Below are positions 37,950-51,195 of a DNA stretch of 64,000 nucleotides, piece by piece. The notes under the pieces were generated by a model. The model saw nothing but the letters and a program-made list of their open reading frames with translations, was not told the DNA's origin and did no database searches. The position numbers and the translations under genes were made by a program. Within the stretch, counting starts at the first letter, position 1, and the number at the start of each line of letters is the position of its first letter. The DNA comes from Raja brachyura. Taxonomy: Eukaryota. The stretch lies in the NCBI GenBank assembly GCA_963514005.1, contig OY740792.1, forward strand, positions 61,566,001 through 61,630,000. The letters are read 5' to 3'.

Positions 37950-38552
37950 ACAATTACAGCACGGAAACAGGCCTTCTCAGCCCTTCCAGTCCGTGCCAAA
38001 CATTTATTTTCCCCTAGTCCCATCTACCTGCACTCAGACCATACCCCTCCATTCCCTTCCCGTCCATATACCTATCCACTTTACTTTTAAATGTTAAAAT
38101 CAATCCTGCCTCCACCACTTCTGCTGGAAGCTCATTCCACACAGCCACCACTCTCTGAGTAAAGAAGTTCCCCCTCATGTTACCCCTAAACTTCTGTCCC
38201 TTAATTCTCATGTCATGCCCTCTTGTTTGAATCTTCCCTACCCTCAATGGGAAAAGCTTATCCACGTCAACTCTGTCTATCCCTTTCATCATTTTAAAGA
38301 CCTCAATCAAGACCCCCTTAACCTTCTGCGCTCCAAAGAATAAAGACCTAACTTGTTCAACCTTTCTCTGTAACTTAGTTGCTGGAACCCAGGCAACATT
38401 CTAGTAAATCTCCTCTGTACTCTCTCTATTTTGTTGACATCCTTCCTATATTTAGGCGACCAAAATTGTACACCATACTCCAGAATTGGTCTTACCAATG
38501 CCTTGTACAATTTTAACATTTGTTCAATTTTAACATTTGTACAATTTTAACA
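37950..38552 (-). mobile_element. CR1 3' part (same young subfamily as 19750 and 22065)
   Basis: LKLYKALVRPILEYGVQFWSP...FFTQRVVAVWNELP. Confidence 0.92.
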
Positions 38553-38554
38553 TA

Positions 38555-39830
38555 TCACACCAAAATCTTTGAAGCTTTGTGCAAGAAACGAAAGAATGTG
38601 TGAAGTTGACATTTTGAGAAAGGCATTTATCACAGATGGGAGAAATATTTGAATAAAATTTATTCTACCTAACTTTTGAATAATATAATCTGTCTAATAT
38701 TTTAAATGGAATTAAATTATGTCTAGTGTTAATGGAACATTTATGTATATATATCAAATACCTCTCCCATGTTTCTTTAGAAATTTTTATCATTAAATCT
38801 ATTTCCCAGTCTTCTCTAATTGCCTCTGTTGATAGCAATTCTCTATTAAGAATACTGTTATATAGATATGATATTAATTTTTGTGAGTCCGCCTTAATAT
38901 TCATTGCTTCTTCCAGTGGATCTATCATTATATTCTTAAATCTTGGTATATATTTTTTTATAAAGTCACATATCTGTAAATATTTAAAGTATTGGTTATT
39001 ATTCAGATTAAATTTTGATTTTAATTGTTGAAATGATAATAAATTTCCCATTTCATACATGTAACCCAACGTTTTAATTCCCAATCTTTCCCATTGTCTA
39101 TATGTTTTATCCATAAAAGATGGTTTAAATACCGGATTATTCACTATTGGTGTTAATGATGATACATTTCTTAATTTGAAAGTTAATTTTATTTGTTTCC
39201 AAATTCAAATTATATTGTGTATGATTGGATTCTTATATAATATATTATTCAATTTTATCGGGGAGAAGAGGATCGCTCCTAAATCGTAAGAAAAACAATC
39301 CTCTTTCTCCATTCTTATCCATTCCATCTGTTGAGAAGGACAATCCAACCAATAAATAATATTCTTAATATGCACTGCCCAATAATAATATAAAAAATTA
39401 GGCAGTGCAAGTCCCCCTACATCTTTAGGTTTACACAAATGATTTATTTTAATTCTATGTGCTTTGTAGTAAAATAAAATTAGTAATATTAGCGTCTAAT
39501 TTAAAAAACAAAAATTTTGGTATATATATATATATATATTGGTATGGATTGAAATAAATATATTATTTGTGGTAGCACTATCATTTTTATAGCATTTATT
39601 CTGCCAATTAATGATAGTGGTAGCGTTTTCCAAAATTTAATCAGAGCGTTCAATTTATTTAACAAAGGACTAAAATTAGCATTAAATAATGATTTATATC
39701 TTCTGGTAACTTGAATACCTAAATACTTAAATTTTTCCATTGCAATTTTAAATGGAAATTGTAATAGATGATTCGCTTTCTGGGGTTGTAATGACAGAAT
39801 TTCACTTTTATTCCAATGTATTCTATATTC
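38555..39830 (-). mobile_element. L1/Tx1 ORF2 C-terminal region, decayed
   Basis: NKSE, FKYLGIQVT, LSLIGRINAIKM..LP, GGLALPNF.YYWA and LIPFKIL.RLY. Confidence 0.88.
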
Positions 39831-40043
39831 TTTCTTTTCCTTGATAACAATACTGAAAAATATGAATTCCATTGTTTGTGACTTTCTTTTTGCATCATAT
39901 TTTTAATGTGCACACACTAACACAGTCGAACAGCAACAGGCAATCAAATCAACACACAAAACATTTTCTAAAAAATTGTTTTATTTACTGCAAAAACTGT
40001 ATTTTATTACGGACTATTTTATTAAATAGAGTATTTTATTGCA

Positions 40044-40079
40044 GGGTCTGAAGAAGGGTTTCGGCCCGAAACGTTGCCT
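40044..40079 (+). ncRNA. Minimal type I hammerhead ribozyme motif in a solo PLE terminal repeat
   Basis: gggt-CTGAAGA-aGGGT TTCG GCCC-GAAAC-GTT-gcct: CUGANGA and GAAA cores, stem II, palindromic ACGT stem III, short stem I. The host element (to ~40177) is flanked by an agtattttatt(t)gca duplication. Confidence 0.65.
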
Positions 40080-42104
40080 ATTTCCTTTGCTCCATAGATA
40101 CTGCTGCACCCGCTGAGTTTCTCCAGCACTTTTGTCTACCATCAGTTTTCCATCATCTGCAGTTCCTTCTTAAACACAGTATTTTATTTGCAGTGTTTGC
40201 ATGCTACTTTATAACATTTTACAGAACATTTTACAGTACAACTTGATTATTAAAACAAGGACAACTTCAATACTTGATTTTTTAAAATATATACAACAAT
40301 GACCCCAATCATCCCATTAAGCGGGCCCTGGACCCTGGCTGCAAGAGACTTTCAGCTTTGCACTTGTGATATGCGCTGCGTGCACTTATTTCACATAAAT
40401 CTTTTGTAATCCTGCCATGCCACCCCCCTTTTTGAAAAGCTTTGTACGGTGTCATATTTTTTACACTGTCATAGGCCTTTCTTACATATGCTTTCACAAC
40501 ACACTGTAGTCTTTAAACAACACTTCAGTAATTTTCCTTGCCCTCCATTTCAGAATAATAGTGATTTAAGCTGATAACTCAACACTAGCACTGGCAATAA
40601 ATAAATAAATAGCGCAGCTTTCCAGCCCCTTATCTCATTGGCCACTCTCGGCTGCACATCGGTGTCAATCTGGTGGACTCTTCCACCTTCCTCTAGTTGT
40701 GCGGGTGGGGGATTGGGACTAGGAATACCCTAGGGCCTCTCTTCATCTAAATCCGGCCCTGAGCATTCCCAGATGAGAGCAATGATCCATAGCTTGAGTA
40801 GCAGTAAATTACCGTCAAACACTGTCAATCTCAGTCTGTAGCCTTGCTGCTTTTCTGGCATTTGAATGTGAACAGAAATGGAGCTGAGATCAACTGTTAC
40901 CTTTAAGTCCCAGGGGCTGGAAGATTACATGTTCATACTGTGGGATTAAAGGTACCAATTATTTTAAACTCAATTTTAAGCCATTAAATATGAGCAGCAT
41001 TTAAAGTGCTGGCTTTGCAAGCAAGTATTTGATATTGCTTGAATCACACTGCTCTGGGCCCTTAATACATGCACAAATACTGACTTTGCAGGCTGAAGTC
41101 ACATTTAGGCTTGATCACATCGTGATATCATAAAATACTGCAAATAACCAAACATTTCAGTCGCGTGTATATATCGAGGAGGTGTCCTTTAGATATGTAC
41201 AATAGTTCTTTCAAACTTGAACAAGTCTGTACCTAGTGACAGAGTAGTGGAATTTTACCGATATATTAATACTTGATATAGGTCGACCATTAAATCCTGC
41301 CCTGGATTCTAATCTCCAAACCCAGTTACAATTTTCCTATAAATCAATTCTACATTTGATTTTATTGCAGTATTTAAGATGAGTAAATTCATCTTAATCG
41401 TGACGTTCATCGGCTCGTGCGCAAAGAAATTAGTTAGAAGTTATTTTTCAAACTTCTTATAACGATGTCTGACAGCTTGCAAAGCAAGAACCAGTCCACT
41501 GATTTTAAATTTAAGCTAAACAATGTATTCAACTAATTACATTGTAAAAAATGACCATGTGCACCTCTCACTAATTTGACTCATTTTCACAGTAGTAAAG
41601 AGTTTCGACACTATTTTGAATCGGGTGCTTGTTTTATTCATACTCAATTCTAGTTAGCAGGCACATCCAAACATTCAGTGTACATCTTTCTTTCATCCTG
41701 TTGACAAAATAAACCTTTTAAATATGAATATGTTTTAAAATAGTGCAACTATAGTTTATACAATATGTAAGTCGACATATTTTTTTCGTGCATAAAATAT
41801 CAATGTTTTAAACATTTTGTAAAATTACTATTAATAAATTGTGAATGGATTGTTCATTTCTCCTGTTGAGAGCCCTCCCTGCCTAAAGATGGGGTCATTA
41901 ACTGGGAAGGGTGCTCCTAATTCAACTGTTTAGAGACTGATGATGGATGCTTTAAATCCAGATTGAAAAGTTAGTTCATATGACGTGGAGCAGAATTAGG
42001 CCATTCGGCCCATTGAGTGCTCTGTTATTCAATCATTCCTGATCTATCTTTCCCTCTCAACCCCATTCTCCTGCCTTCTCGCTATCACCTTTAACGCCCT
42101 CAAA

Positions 42105-42421
42105 CCCCTGTCCCACGGGACGAGTTCATTCCAAGAGCTCTCCCGAGTTTGCCCTGATTCGAACTCGGAGATTTACGGTAATGGCCACTCGTCAGTACTC
42201 GGGGCTCTCGTGGACATTTTTCAACATGTTGAAAAATCTTCACGAGTCTTCCCGTGCTTACCTACCGTTAGCGAGTCATTCCGAGTTCCTGACATTAGCG
42301 TTACGAGCCGCTAAGAGACGTCCAACGTACCCGCTACGTTGATTCTCTGTGCTTACCCCGAGTTTGATTTTTTTTTAAACTCGGGAGAGCTCTTGGAATT
42401 AACTCGTACCGTAGGAAGGGC
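42105..42421. mobile_element. MITE with ~40-bp terminal inverted repeats (Harbinger-like), inside a CR1 tail
   Basis: cccctgtcccacgggacgagttcattccaagagctctcccgagttt ... aaactcgggagagctcttggaattaactcgtaccgtaggaaggg. Confidence 0.65.
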
Positions 42422-42999
42422 TATTTTTTACTAATCAAATAAAGTGACAAATTAAGTACCAATAAGCAAGAAAGCAGACGATCTCTGCTTTAAAAATATC
42501 CATCGACGGACTCCACCACTGTCTGTGGGAATGAATTCTACAGATTTGCCATCCTCTGGCAAAGGAAACTCCTCCTCATCTCCATTCTAAAGATACGTCC
42601 TTTTGCTCTGAGGCTGTGCCCTCTGGTCCTGGACTCTCCCGCTTGTTTCTTGTCGATTAAGACCAAGCCTGGGCAGCTGCACTTCAAAATCAGTATCGGT
42701 CAAGTAGCTCATCCAATCCTGGAGTCCAAAATCTGTTGTGAAGTGAGATCCTCCTCCAAATGTGACTACTTATCTCAGTCTGGGTAACTGATGGAACTGC
42801 TCGGTGATTCAGATAGATAGTCATTTAGCATGATGGCACTGTTCCAGTGGATCAGGAAGTTACTCGGGTTGAAATAATCCTTGTCGCTGGAAATGGAGTT
42901 CAGAAGCACATGTAGGAGATAAAACCCGGTACTTGACTCCAGCTCAAATATAAATGGAAAGACACTGTCCACACCATATTTGTTCCAGGCTTGGTAATG

Positions 43000-43172
43000 T
43001 TATAATTGTAACTGCATGAACTCTTCTGTTGCAAAAGGTCTGAGCCAATGCCTCTGAGAATTTTTACACCAGATTATGATTAGAATACTGATGATCAGCA
43101 AAACTGCCACCATTATTACAAAGGCAAAAAGTTCATAATGCATGTGTCTGTGACCTTCCTCAAATGCTGCGT
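43000..43172 (-). CDS. HHLA2: HHLA2-like TM plus short cytoplasmic tail, terminal exon
   Basis: aaatttcag| acceptor, phase 1. DAAFEEGHRHMHYELFAFVIMVAVLLIISILIIIWCKNSQRHWLRPFATEEFMQLQL*. Confidence 0.8.
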
Positions 43173-44049
43173 CTGAAATTTGAACAAAAGACAATTTTAG
43201 CACAGATTAAAGAATTTACATAAAAAGACCCAACAATAGTAGAGAATTTAAATTAAAAAATAAAAATTCTAAAAATCAGGAATAAATGCAGCAAAACTAC
43301 TTAAATGACTGGGCGTTGCCTCAAAACATAACTTGGGCAGTTTGTGTTCCATCTTTTTAATTATTATTATTTTTTAAACTACACAGAAGTTGGTTAGTTG
43401 TTCCTCAATAAATGGTTTTGAAATACAAAAATATAAGCTGAGAACGTTATTAAATGTAAGGCCATTATCGCCTGATGGAAGAACACAAGATGTTTTCATT
43501 ACCATTTACAATAATTTGTTTATTTAATACTGTCCATTCACCCGGTGAAAAAGACTGCAAACTGATGTTAGTTTTTATAGATCTCCATTTGAAAGACAGT
43601 CTCCAAATGTTCTCCCTTGTCTTCGTGGGAATAAAGGAAAGCTTTATTAAGTTTACTAATAAAGGAAAGCTTTATTAAGTGATAATTAAACTAAATAATT
43701 AAAGTGGATCACCTTTGCATGGAAGATCGCTGAAGTGAATCTTCACTAACCAGGGGGAGATCTGTGGGAGAATAAGGAAGTGGGTGCAAAGGGCCGGTCT
43801 AGCCAGTATGGTTGCCACCAGCAATAAGTGTCAATCTCACCTGGACCCTTCACATCCCACTCCTGGAAGGGAAATGCAGTGGTGGGAAGTGATATAGGGG
43901 GTGATATGGTTGAGCCAGAGTGGATGAGGAGCAAGGGATCGGGAGCGGTTCAGGAGCTTGGATGGATCAGGAGTGAGAGCAGATCAGGAGTGAGGGTGGA
44001 GGACAAAGGATCTGCAGATGCTGGTTTAAATGAAAAAAAAATTAAAAAT

Positions 44050-44915
44050 TGCATACAGTTTTGGTCTCCTAATCTGAGGAAGGACTTTCTTGCCATAGAG
44101 GGAGTACAGAGGTTCACCAGACTGATTCCTGGGACGTCAGGACTTCCAATGAAGAAAGACTGCATAGACTCGGCTTGTACTTGCTAGAATTTAGAAGATT
44201 GAGGGGGGATCTTATAGAAACTTACAAAATTCTTAAGGGGTTGGACGGGCTAGATGCAGGAAGATTGTTCCCGATGTTGGGGAAGTCCAGAACACGGGGT
44301 CACAGTTTAAGGATAAGGGGGAAGTCTTTTCGGATCGAGATGAGAAAAACATTTTTCACACAGAGAGTGGTGAATCTGTGGAATTCTCTGCCACAGAAGG
44401 TAGTTGAGGCCAGTTCATTGGCTATATTTAAGAGGGAGTTAGATGTGGCCCTTGTGGCCAAAGGGGATCAGGGGGTATGGAGAGAAGGCAGGTACGGGAT
44501 ACTGAGTTGGATGATCAGACATGATCATATTGAATGGCGGTGCAGGCTCGAAGGGCCGAATGGCCTACTCCTGCACCCAAGGGCGGAAAACCCGGGGGGG
44601 CTAAAGCGGACACATCCCCTCCATGTTTTGAGAAGTGGGGGACATCCCCCCAAGTTTTTGTGATCCGGAATTTAAAGTCTCCGCTATCCGTGAGACAGTG
44701 GAGGTGGGACTGCTGATTGAGGGCGCCAATTGGACGAGAGAGACATCGGTCAGCAGGCAATGGGGGAGACATGATGTGGGTGAGTGTACGCATGCGCACG
44801 TGTGGGTGAGTGCGCGCATGCGCGCGCGGCCGGCAAATATTTGTGTTTCCCGTCCCCTCCATGTTTTTATAGCGAGTTCCGCTCTCGCCTGCTCCTATTT
44901 TCTATGTTTCTATGT
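44050..44915 (+). mobile_element. CR1 3' fragment
   Basis: CIQFWSPNLRKD...FFTQRVVNLWNSLP with a tttctatg tail. Confidence 0.9.
44578..44887. mobile_element. hAT-type MITE nested in the CR1 3' UTR
   Basis: Termini caagggcggaa / ttccgctctcg; 8-bp flanking duplication cctgcacc / cctgctcc. Confidence 0.65.
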
Positions 44916-47900
44916 TGACACAAATTGCTGGAGTAACTCAGCGGGACAGGCAGCATCTGTCTGAAGTCTGAAGAAGGGTCTCCACCAATTCCTTCTCTCC
45001 AGAGATGCTGCCTGTCCATCTGAGTTACTCCAGCATTTTGTGTCTATCTTCCATTTAAACCAGCATCTGCCATTCTTTCATACACAAGGAGTGAGAGTGG
45101 ATCAGGACCAGGAGTGGATCAGGAGTTATGGTGGATTAAGAGCAATAGTAGATCAGGAGCCCGAATGGTTATGGAGCAGCTATTTTTTATGCTTCCCAGA
45201 TTGTAACCAGTTTCACTTTCTTCAACATAGCTGAGTATTCTGGAGCAGTGCTAGTTGTGTAGACAAGTTGGGGCACTTCTCTATTATACTAAAACTCTTC
45301 CCTTTGTTCCTAACATTCTAAATGTCTGTGTGAGCCAGGGTTGTGTTGGCTTTCTTTTAATCTCCTTAATTTGTATCACCTTCCAAACGCTAGGCCACAG
45401 TTTTCCCATTTTCACACAAGCTATTCACATTTCTTCCGCCGACCGGATAAATATCTTCCCGTCGCATTTCAACCTATATTAAACAAGTTATTAACCTTTT
45501 AAAAACAGCTTCAAAATATTAATGTTTTCAACGTTCTAATTTTGAAGAACAAAATGGCGACTGACGTCACAATCCATTTGCACGCTCCGGGCGCGCGGGT
45601 AACTCCAGCACTCCAACCCGTTGGGACCCATACAGCCCTGCGCGCTCGGCGCTGTGAAGGGTGTGTGAAGGGTTTGTGACGGTGGTGAACAAGGACATGA
45701 GGGCCAAGTTAGCCCGGCTGGCGGCCTCTGCTGAGCAGCCGCTGCCCCAGCTGCCCTGGCCCCAGCCCTTTGAGAAGGTCCGATTCCTCAAGCCCGACTT
45801 CACCTCCCTCTCAGCCGGCATCAATATCTGCAACGGCAACGACATCCAGTGGAAAGGCCCCTTCTTCCAAGTCCAGGACAGGGGTCTCCAAACTATGGCC
45901 CGCGGGCCACATCCAGCCCGCCACGGGATTTTATCCGGCCCGTAGCAAGCTCAGCGCAGGATGGAGCGTGTGTCCGTTAGGCGTTGAGTCGATTTGAGTC
46001 GGGGAGCGCGGCGGCCGGAGCTGCTCTTACTGTTGTTACGGGGTAGGTCCCTCGAATCGCCAGAGCCGAGACATCACAGGGCCGCCATGAAGAAGGGTAC
46101 AATGGGGTGGGGGGTGGGGGTGCAGCGGCGGTGGTCAGAATGAGTCAGCAGCGCGTTANNNNNNNNNNNNNNNNNNNNNNNNNNNNNNNNNNNNNNNNNN
46201 NNNNNNNNNNNNNNNNNNNNNNNNNNNNNNNNNNNNNNNNNNNNNNNNNNNNNNNNNNNNNNNNNNNNNNNNNNNNNNNNNNNNNNNNNNNNNNNNNNNN
46301 NNNNNNNNNNNNNNNNNNNNNNNNNNNNNNNNNNNNNNNNNNNNNNNNNNNNNNNNNNNNNNNNNNTGCCCCCTCCCCACCCCCTCCCTCTCTATGCCCC
46401 CTCTCTCTCTAGGGAGTGGTGAGCATTGGGACCTATGGGTGAGTGGTGAAGTTTTGCTTTCGGGAACCAGCCCTCCCGTGATGCCGCGTGCCCCCCCAAC
46501 CCCTCCCTCTCTACCCCCTCCCTCTCTACCCCCTCCCCCTCCCTCTCTAGTCGGGCCTGCACAGTTGGGGGCTATGCGTGAGTGGATAGGATGGGGGAAA
46601 AGGAGCAAATTAATAATATTAATATAATATCAAGGGGGGGGGGTTAGTGTGTGTGAGTGACGCTGCAAATGGAGTCAAGGGGGGGGAGGTAAAGCGACAA
46701 GTGTAGCATTTCCTGCGGTTGCAAAGTGTCAGGAGAGGGGGTGGTTTAGGTGGGAAGGGACGAATTGACCAGGGAGTTACGGAGGGAGCGGTCTCTGCGG
46801 AAAGCCAACGGGGAGGAGATGGGAAGATGTGGCCAGCGGTGGGATCCCATTGGTAGACAAAAAAGCTGGAGAAAATCAGCGGGTAAGGCAGCATCTATGG
46901 AGCGAAGGAATAGACGACGTCTCGGGTCAAGACCCTTCTTCAGACCGATGTCGGGGGGGGGGGGGGGGGACACGAAAAAGAAAGGAAGAGGCGGAGACAG
47001 TCGGCTTTGGGAGGGAGAAAGCAAGGACTACCTGAAATTAGAGAAGCCAATCTTCATACAGCTGGGGTGTAAACTACCCAAGCAAATATGAGCTGCTGCT
47101 CCTCCAACATGCGGTGGGCCTCACTCTGGCCATGGAGGAGGCTCAGGACAGAAAGGTCGGATTCGGAATGGGAAGGGGAGTTGAAGTGTTGAGCCACCGG
47201 AAGATCAAGACTGTCATAGGCTTTTTCTTACATATGCTGTCACAACGCACTGTAGTCTCTATACAACCCTCCAGTAATTTTCCTTGCCCTGCATTTCATA
47301 ATAATAATGTTTTAAGCCAATAACTCGACACTAGCACTGGCAATAAATAAATAAATAAATAAATAAATAAGCGCAGCTTTCCAGCCCCTTATCTCATTGG
47401 CCACGCTCGTCTGCAAATCAGTATCAATCCGGTGGACCACCTTCCTCTAGCCCTGGGGGTCGGGGATTGGGAGGGACCTCACAAGTAGAACAGCCTCGGG
47501 CCTCTCTTCTTCTAACAACTTCTAATCTTGTGTGTGGACTCGATAAGAAGAAGAAGATCCCCTCATCTGTTTTTATTTTGTGAACCATTAATTTCTAATT
47601 TAGAGTCACAGTCATACAACACTGACGCAGGCCCTTCGGCCCAACTCGTTCGTGCTGACCGTGATGCCCCATCTAAGCTCGTCTCATTTGCCCACTTTTG
47701 CCCCATATCGCTCTAAACCCGTCCTGTGTCTGTAAAATTAAGAACTAAAAAAGTATAATATCAACACTGTTACAAATTCAAATGCTAAGAATGTAAATAT
47801 CTGGCTTTTAACTGTTCCCAGGGGCTGGTTTGGTAGACCATTGTGTACTGTCACAGAAACACTACTGTTCTGGAGGATGAACAGCAAAGATTCAACCACC

Positions 47901-48305
47901 CACTAGCACTACTGCTCAGGACCAACTTCTACCCTCTGTAGTTTAATTTGAGATAGGGCCGGAAAACAGGCCCTTCGGCCATCGAATCCACGTTGACCAC
48001 CCACACACTAACACTATCCTACACACTAGGGATGACTTACAGAAGCCGACTAACCTACAACCCTGCACGTCTGTGGGATGGGGGAGGAAACCGGAGAAAT
48101 CCCACACAGGATAACGTGCAAACTCCATACAGGCAGCACCCGAGATCAGAATCGAACCTGGGTCTATGGCGTTGTGAGGCAGCAGCTCTACCACTGTGCT
48201 ACCTTTATTTCTCACGTTTTATCAAATTGTTACATTTAGTTCAACTAAAGGTTCGGCGCTCTGTGAAATGTTGAGAATGAAGCACACAGGCGTGCGACAG
48301 CCTAC

Positions 48306-48611
48306 CTATTTGTAGTACGTAGGTGAATATTTGCAACACATCTCGGGTCCTGATTTCACAGATATATTCTCCAGCATCATCCTCCCTTGCATGGTCCAGT
48401 TGAAGTGTGGAAGAGTTCCGGCTGTTTATCACTTTCACTCGCTCCTTACAACCTGAATCACCGGCCTGCTGGGGCGTTGATTCACATAGTACTGCCAAGG
48501 AAGAGGTTTCTGAGTTCCTAAAACTCCATTTAATTGTCAAATCTTGATCATTGCTAGGGGGATATTGGCAAGGAATGGCAGCAGGATGAGTCTCATTTGC
48601 TTTCAATGTGC
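48306..48611 (-). CDS. HHLA2: HHLA2-like second (membrane-proximal) IgV exon
   Basis: tttttgaag| acceptor, G|gtaggc donor, 306 nt, phase 1-1. IPCQYPPSNDQDLTIKWS...STLQL...EDDAGEYICEIRT. The V-C-V order is characteristic of HHLA2 among B7 members. Confidence 0.85.
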
Positions 48612-49169
48612 CTTCAAAAAAATAAGACAGAAACATGTAATGTTTTACACGAAACACAGTAAACTCTTTGACGTGAGATCTCACAAGGACACAAAGTGGT
48701 CGAGTAACTCAGTGGGTTAGGCAGCATCTGTGGAGAACAGGGATAGGTCACGTTTTGGAGAGGGAATGTATTTCGTTGTCTCTGTACTGTACACTGACAA
48801 TGACAATTAAAATTGAATCTGAATCTGAATCTGAATATTCTTTAGATTCTGTTCTCCAGAGAGGCTGAGTTATTCCAGCGCTTTGTGTCCTTTTGTGTTT
48901 TAACCAGCATCTGCAGTTCCTCGGTTCCAATACTTGGAATGAAATAGAATCTCTTTGTTTTCCTGAGCTGTGGAAGGGACTGGGACCACTTTGGGTGCTG
49001 GTGCATGTACATATAACAAAGGCAGTGATTGTTTAACACACAGGAAGCGAGGGCAGTTAGCCTGTATCCCAAAGCAGGGGAAATCCATCACTTGTATCCA
49101 CACATTATATGGTGTATTGAAATGTCCGACACCTTCACAATCATTTATACCCCCTGCCAGGACCCGGGG

Positions 49170-49600
49170 GCCTGAGCTACAGGGAGAGGTTGCGCAGGCT
49201 AGGACTTTATTCCCTGGAGCACAGGTGGCTGAGGGGTGATCTTATAGAGGTGTAAAAAAATCATGAGGGGAATAGATGGGGTGAATGCACAGAGTGTTTT
49301 ACCCAGAGTAGCGGACTCAAGAACACAAGGACCTGGGTTTATGGTGAGAGGGGAACGATTTAATAGGAACCTGAGGGGCAACTTTTTCACACACAGGATG
49401 GTGGGTACGTGGAACGAGCTGCCAGAGGAGGTAGTTGAGGCAGGTACCATAACAACATTTAAAAGACATTTAGACAGGGGCATGGATGGGAAATGTTTAG
49501 AGGGAGATGGGCCAAACGGGGGCTGGTGGGACTAGTGTAGACGGCTTATCTTGGTCGGCATGGACAAGTTGGGCCGAAGGGCCTTTTTCAGTGCTGTATG
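49170..49600 (+). mobile_element. CR1 3' fragment
   Basis: LRGNFFTHRMVGTWNELP. Confidence 0.85.
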
Positions 49601-50338
49601 AGTCTCAGAAGCATTGGTGAAATGAACATGGACACCAGGAACTGCAGATGTTGGTTTACAATAATAGACACAAAGTGCTCAGCAGGTCAGGCAGCAGCAT
49701 CTCTGGGGAACATGGAAAGGTGACAGTTCGGGTCTGAAGAAGTGACCTGGATTTTCTGGTGAAATTCCAACGTGGCAGACATTTTGTGGGGAAGTGTGGA
49801 CAGAGAACTGCTGGCGTTTTATATCCAATTCTGGCCCAAATCACTGCATGTTATGGGTTTGCATGGTACTCCAGTCAGCAATGTAATGGACATCACCCTG
49901 CAGGAAATGATAGGATCTAAATAATCCAGGGGCCAGATCCAGCTCAGTTAAGGTTTTCTGTAGTAAAATCATCAAACTACAGGAATAAGTGAAGGTGGGA
50001 ACTTGAGAACAAGTCTATTGGCATTGTACAAAGGAACTGCAGATGCTGGTTTAAACCGAAGATAGACACAAAATGCTGGAGTAACTCAGCGGGACAGGCA
50101 GCATCTCTGGAGAGAAGGAGTGGGTGAGGTGTCGGGTCGAGACCCTTCTTCAGACTGAGTCACGGGAAAGGGAATCGAGAGATATAGACGGTTTTGTGGA
50201 GAGATATAGAACAAAGAATGAAAGATATGCAAAAAGTTACGATGATAAAGGAAACGGGTCATTGTTAGCTGTTTGTTAGGTGAGACCAAATTGTAGACAA
50301 TGAGACTCAACAAGACGGTACGACTTGGGTGGGGGAGG

Positions 50339-50381
<43 letters not shown>

Positions 50382-50464
50382 CAGGGGTTATTTAAAGTCA
50401 ATATACACACCGAAGATAGACTCAAAATGCAGCATCTCTGGAGAGAAGGGATGGGTGACATTTC

Positions 50465-51195
50465 TTAGAATCATAGAATCATAGAAAGTAGGTGCAGGAG
50501 TAGGCCATTTGGCCCTTCGAGCCTGCACCGCCATTCAATATGATCATGGCTGATCATCCAACTCAGTATCCTGTACCTGCCTTCTCTCCATACCCCCTGA
50601 TCACTTTTGCCACAAGGCCCACATCTAACTCCTTCTTAAATATAGCCAATGAACTGGCCTCAACTACCCTCTGTGGCAGAGAATTCCACATATTCACCAC
50701 TCTTTGTGTGAAAAATGATTTTCTCATCTCGGTCCTAAAAGACTTCCCCCTTCTCCTTAAGCTGTGACCCCTTCTTCTGGAGTTCCCCAACATCGGGACC
50801 AATCTTCCTGCATCTAGCCTGTCCAACCCCTTAAGAATTTTGTAAGTCTCTATAATATCCCCCCTCAATCTTCTAAATTCCAGCGAGTACAAGCCGAGTC
50901 TATCCAGTCTTTCTTCATATGGAAGTCCTGGAATCAGTCTGGTGAACCTTCTCTGTACTCCCTCTATGGCAAGAATGTCTTTCCTCAGATTAGGAGACCA
51001 AAACTGTACGCAATACTGCAGGTGTGGCCTCACCAAGACACTGTACAACTGCAGTAGAACCTCCCTGCTCTTGTACTCAAATCCTTTCGCTATGAATGCC
51101 AACATACCATTTGCTTTCTTCACTGCCTGCTGCACCTGCATGCCTACTTTCAATGACTGGTGTACCATGACACCCAGGTCTCGTTGCATCTCCTC
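50465..51195 (-). mobile_element. CR1 3' fragment adjoining a PLE terminal repeat
   Basis: RDLGVMVH...RPHLQYCVQFWSP...WNSLP. Confidence 0.92.

Noticed and set aside
42775-42972. 65-aa ORF just downstream of the HHLA2-like stop
   Set aside because: Non-ATG start and no recognisable motif; treated as 3' UTR.
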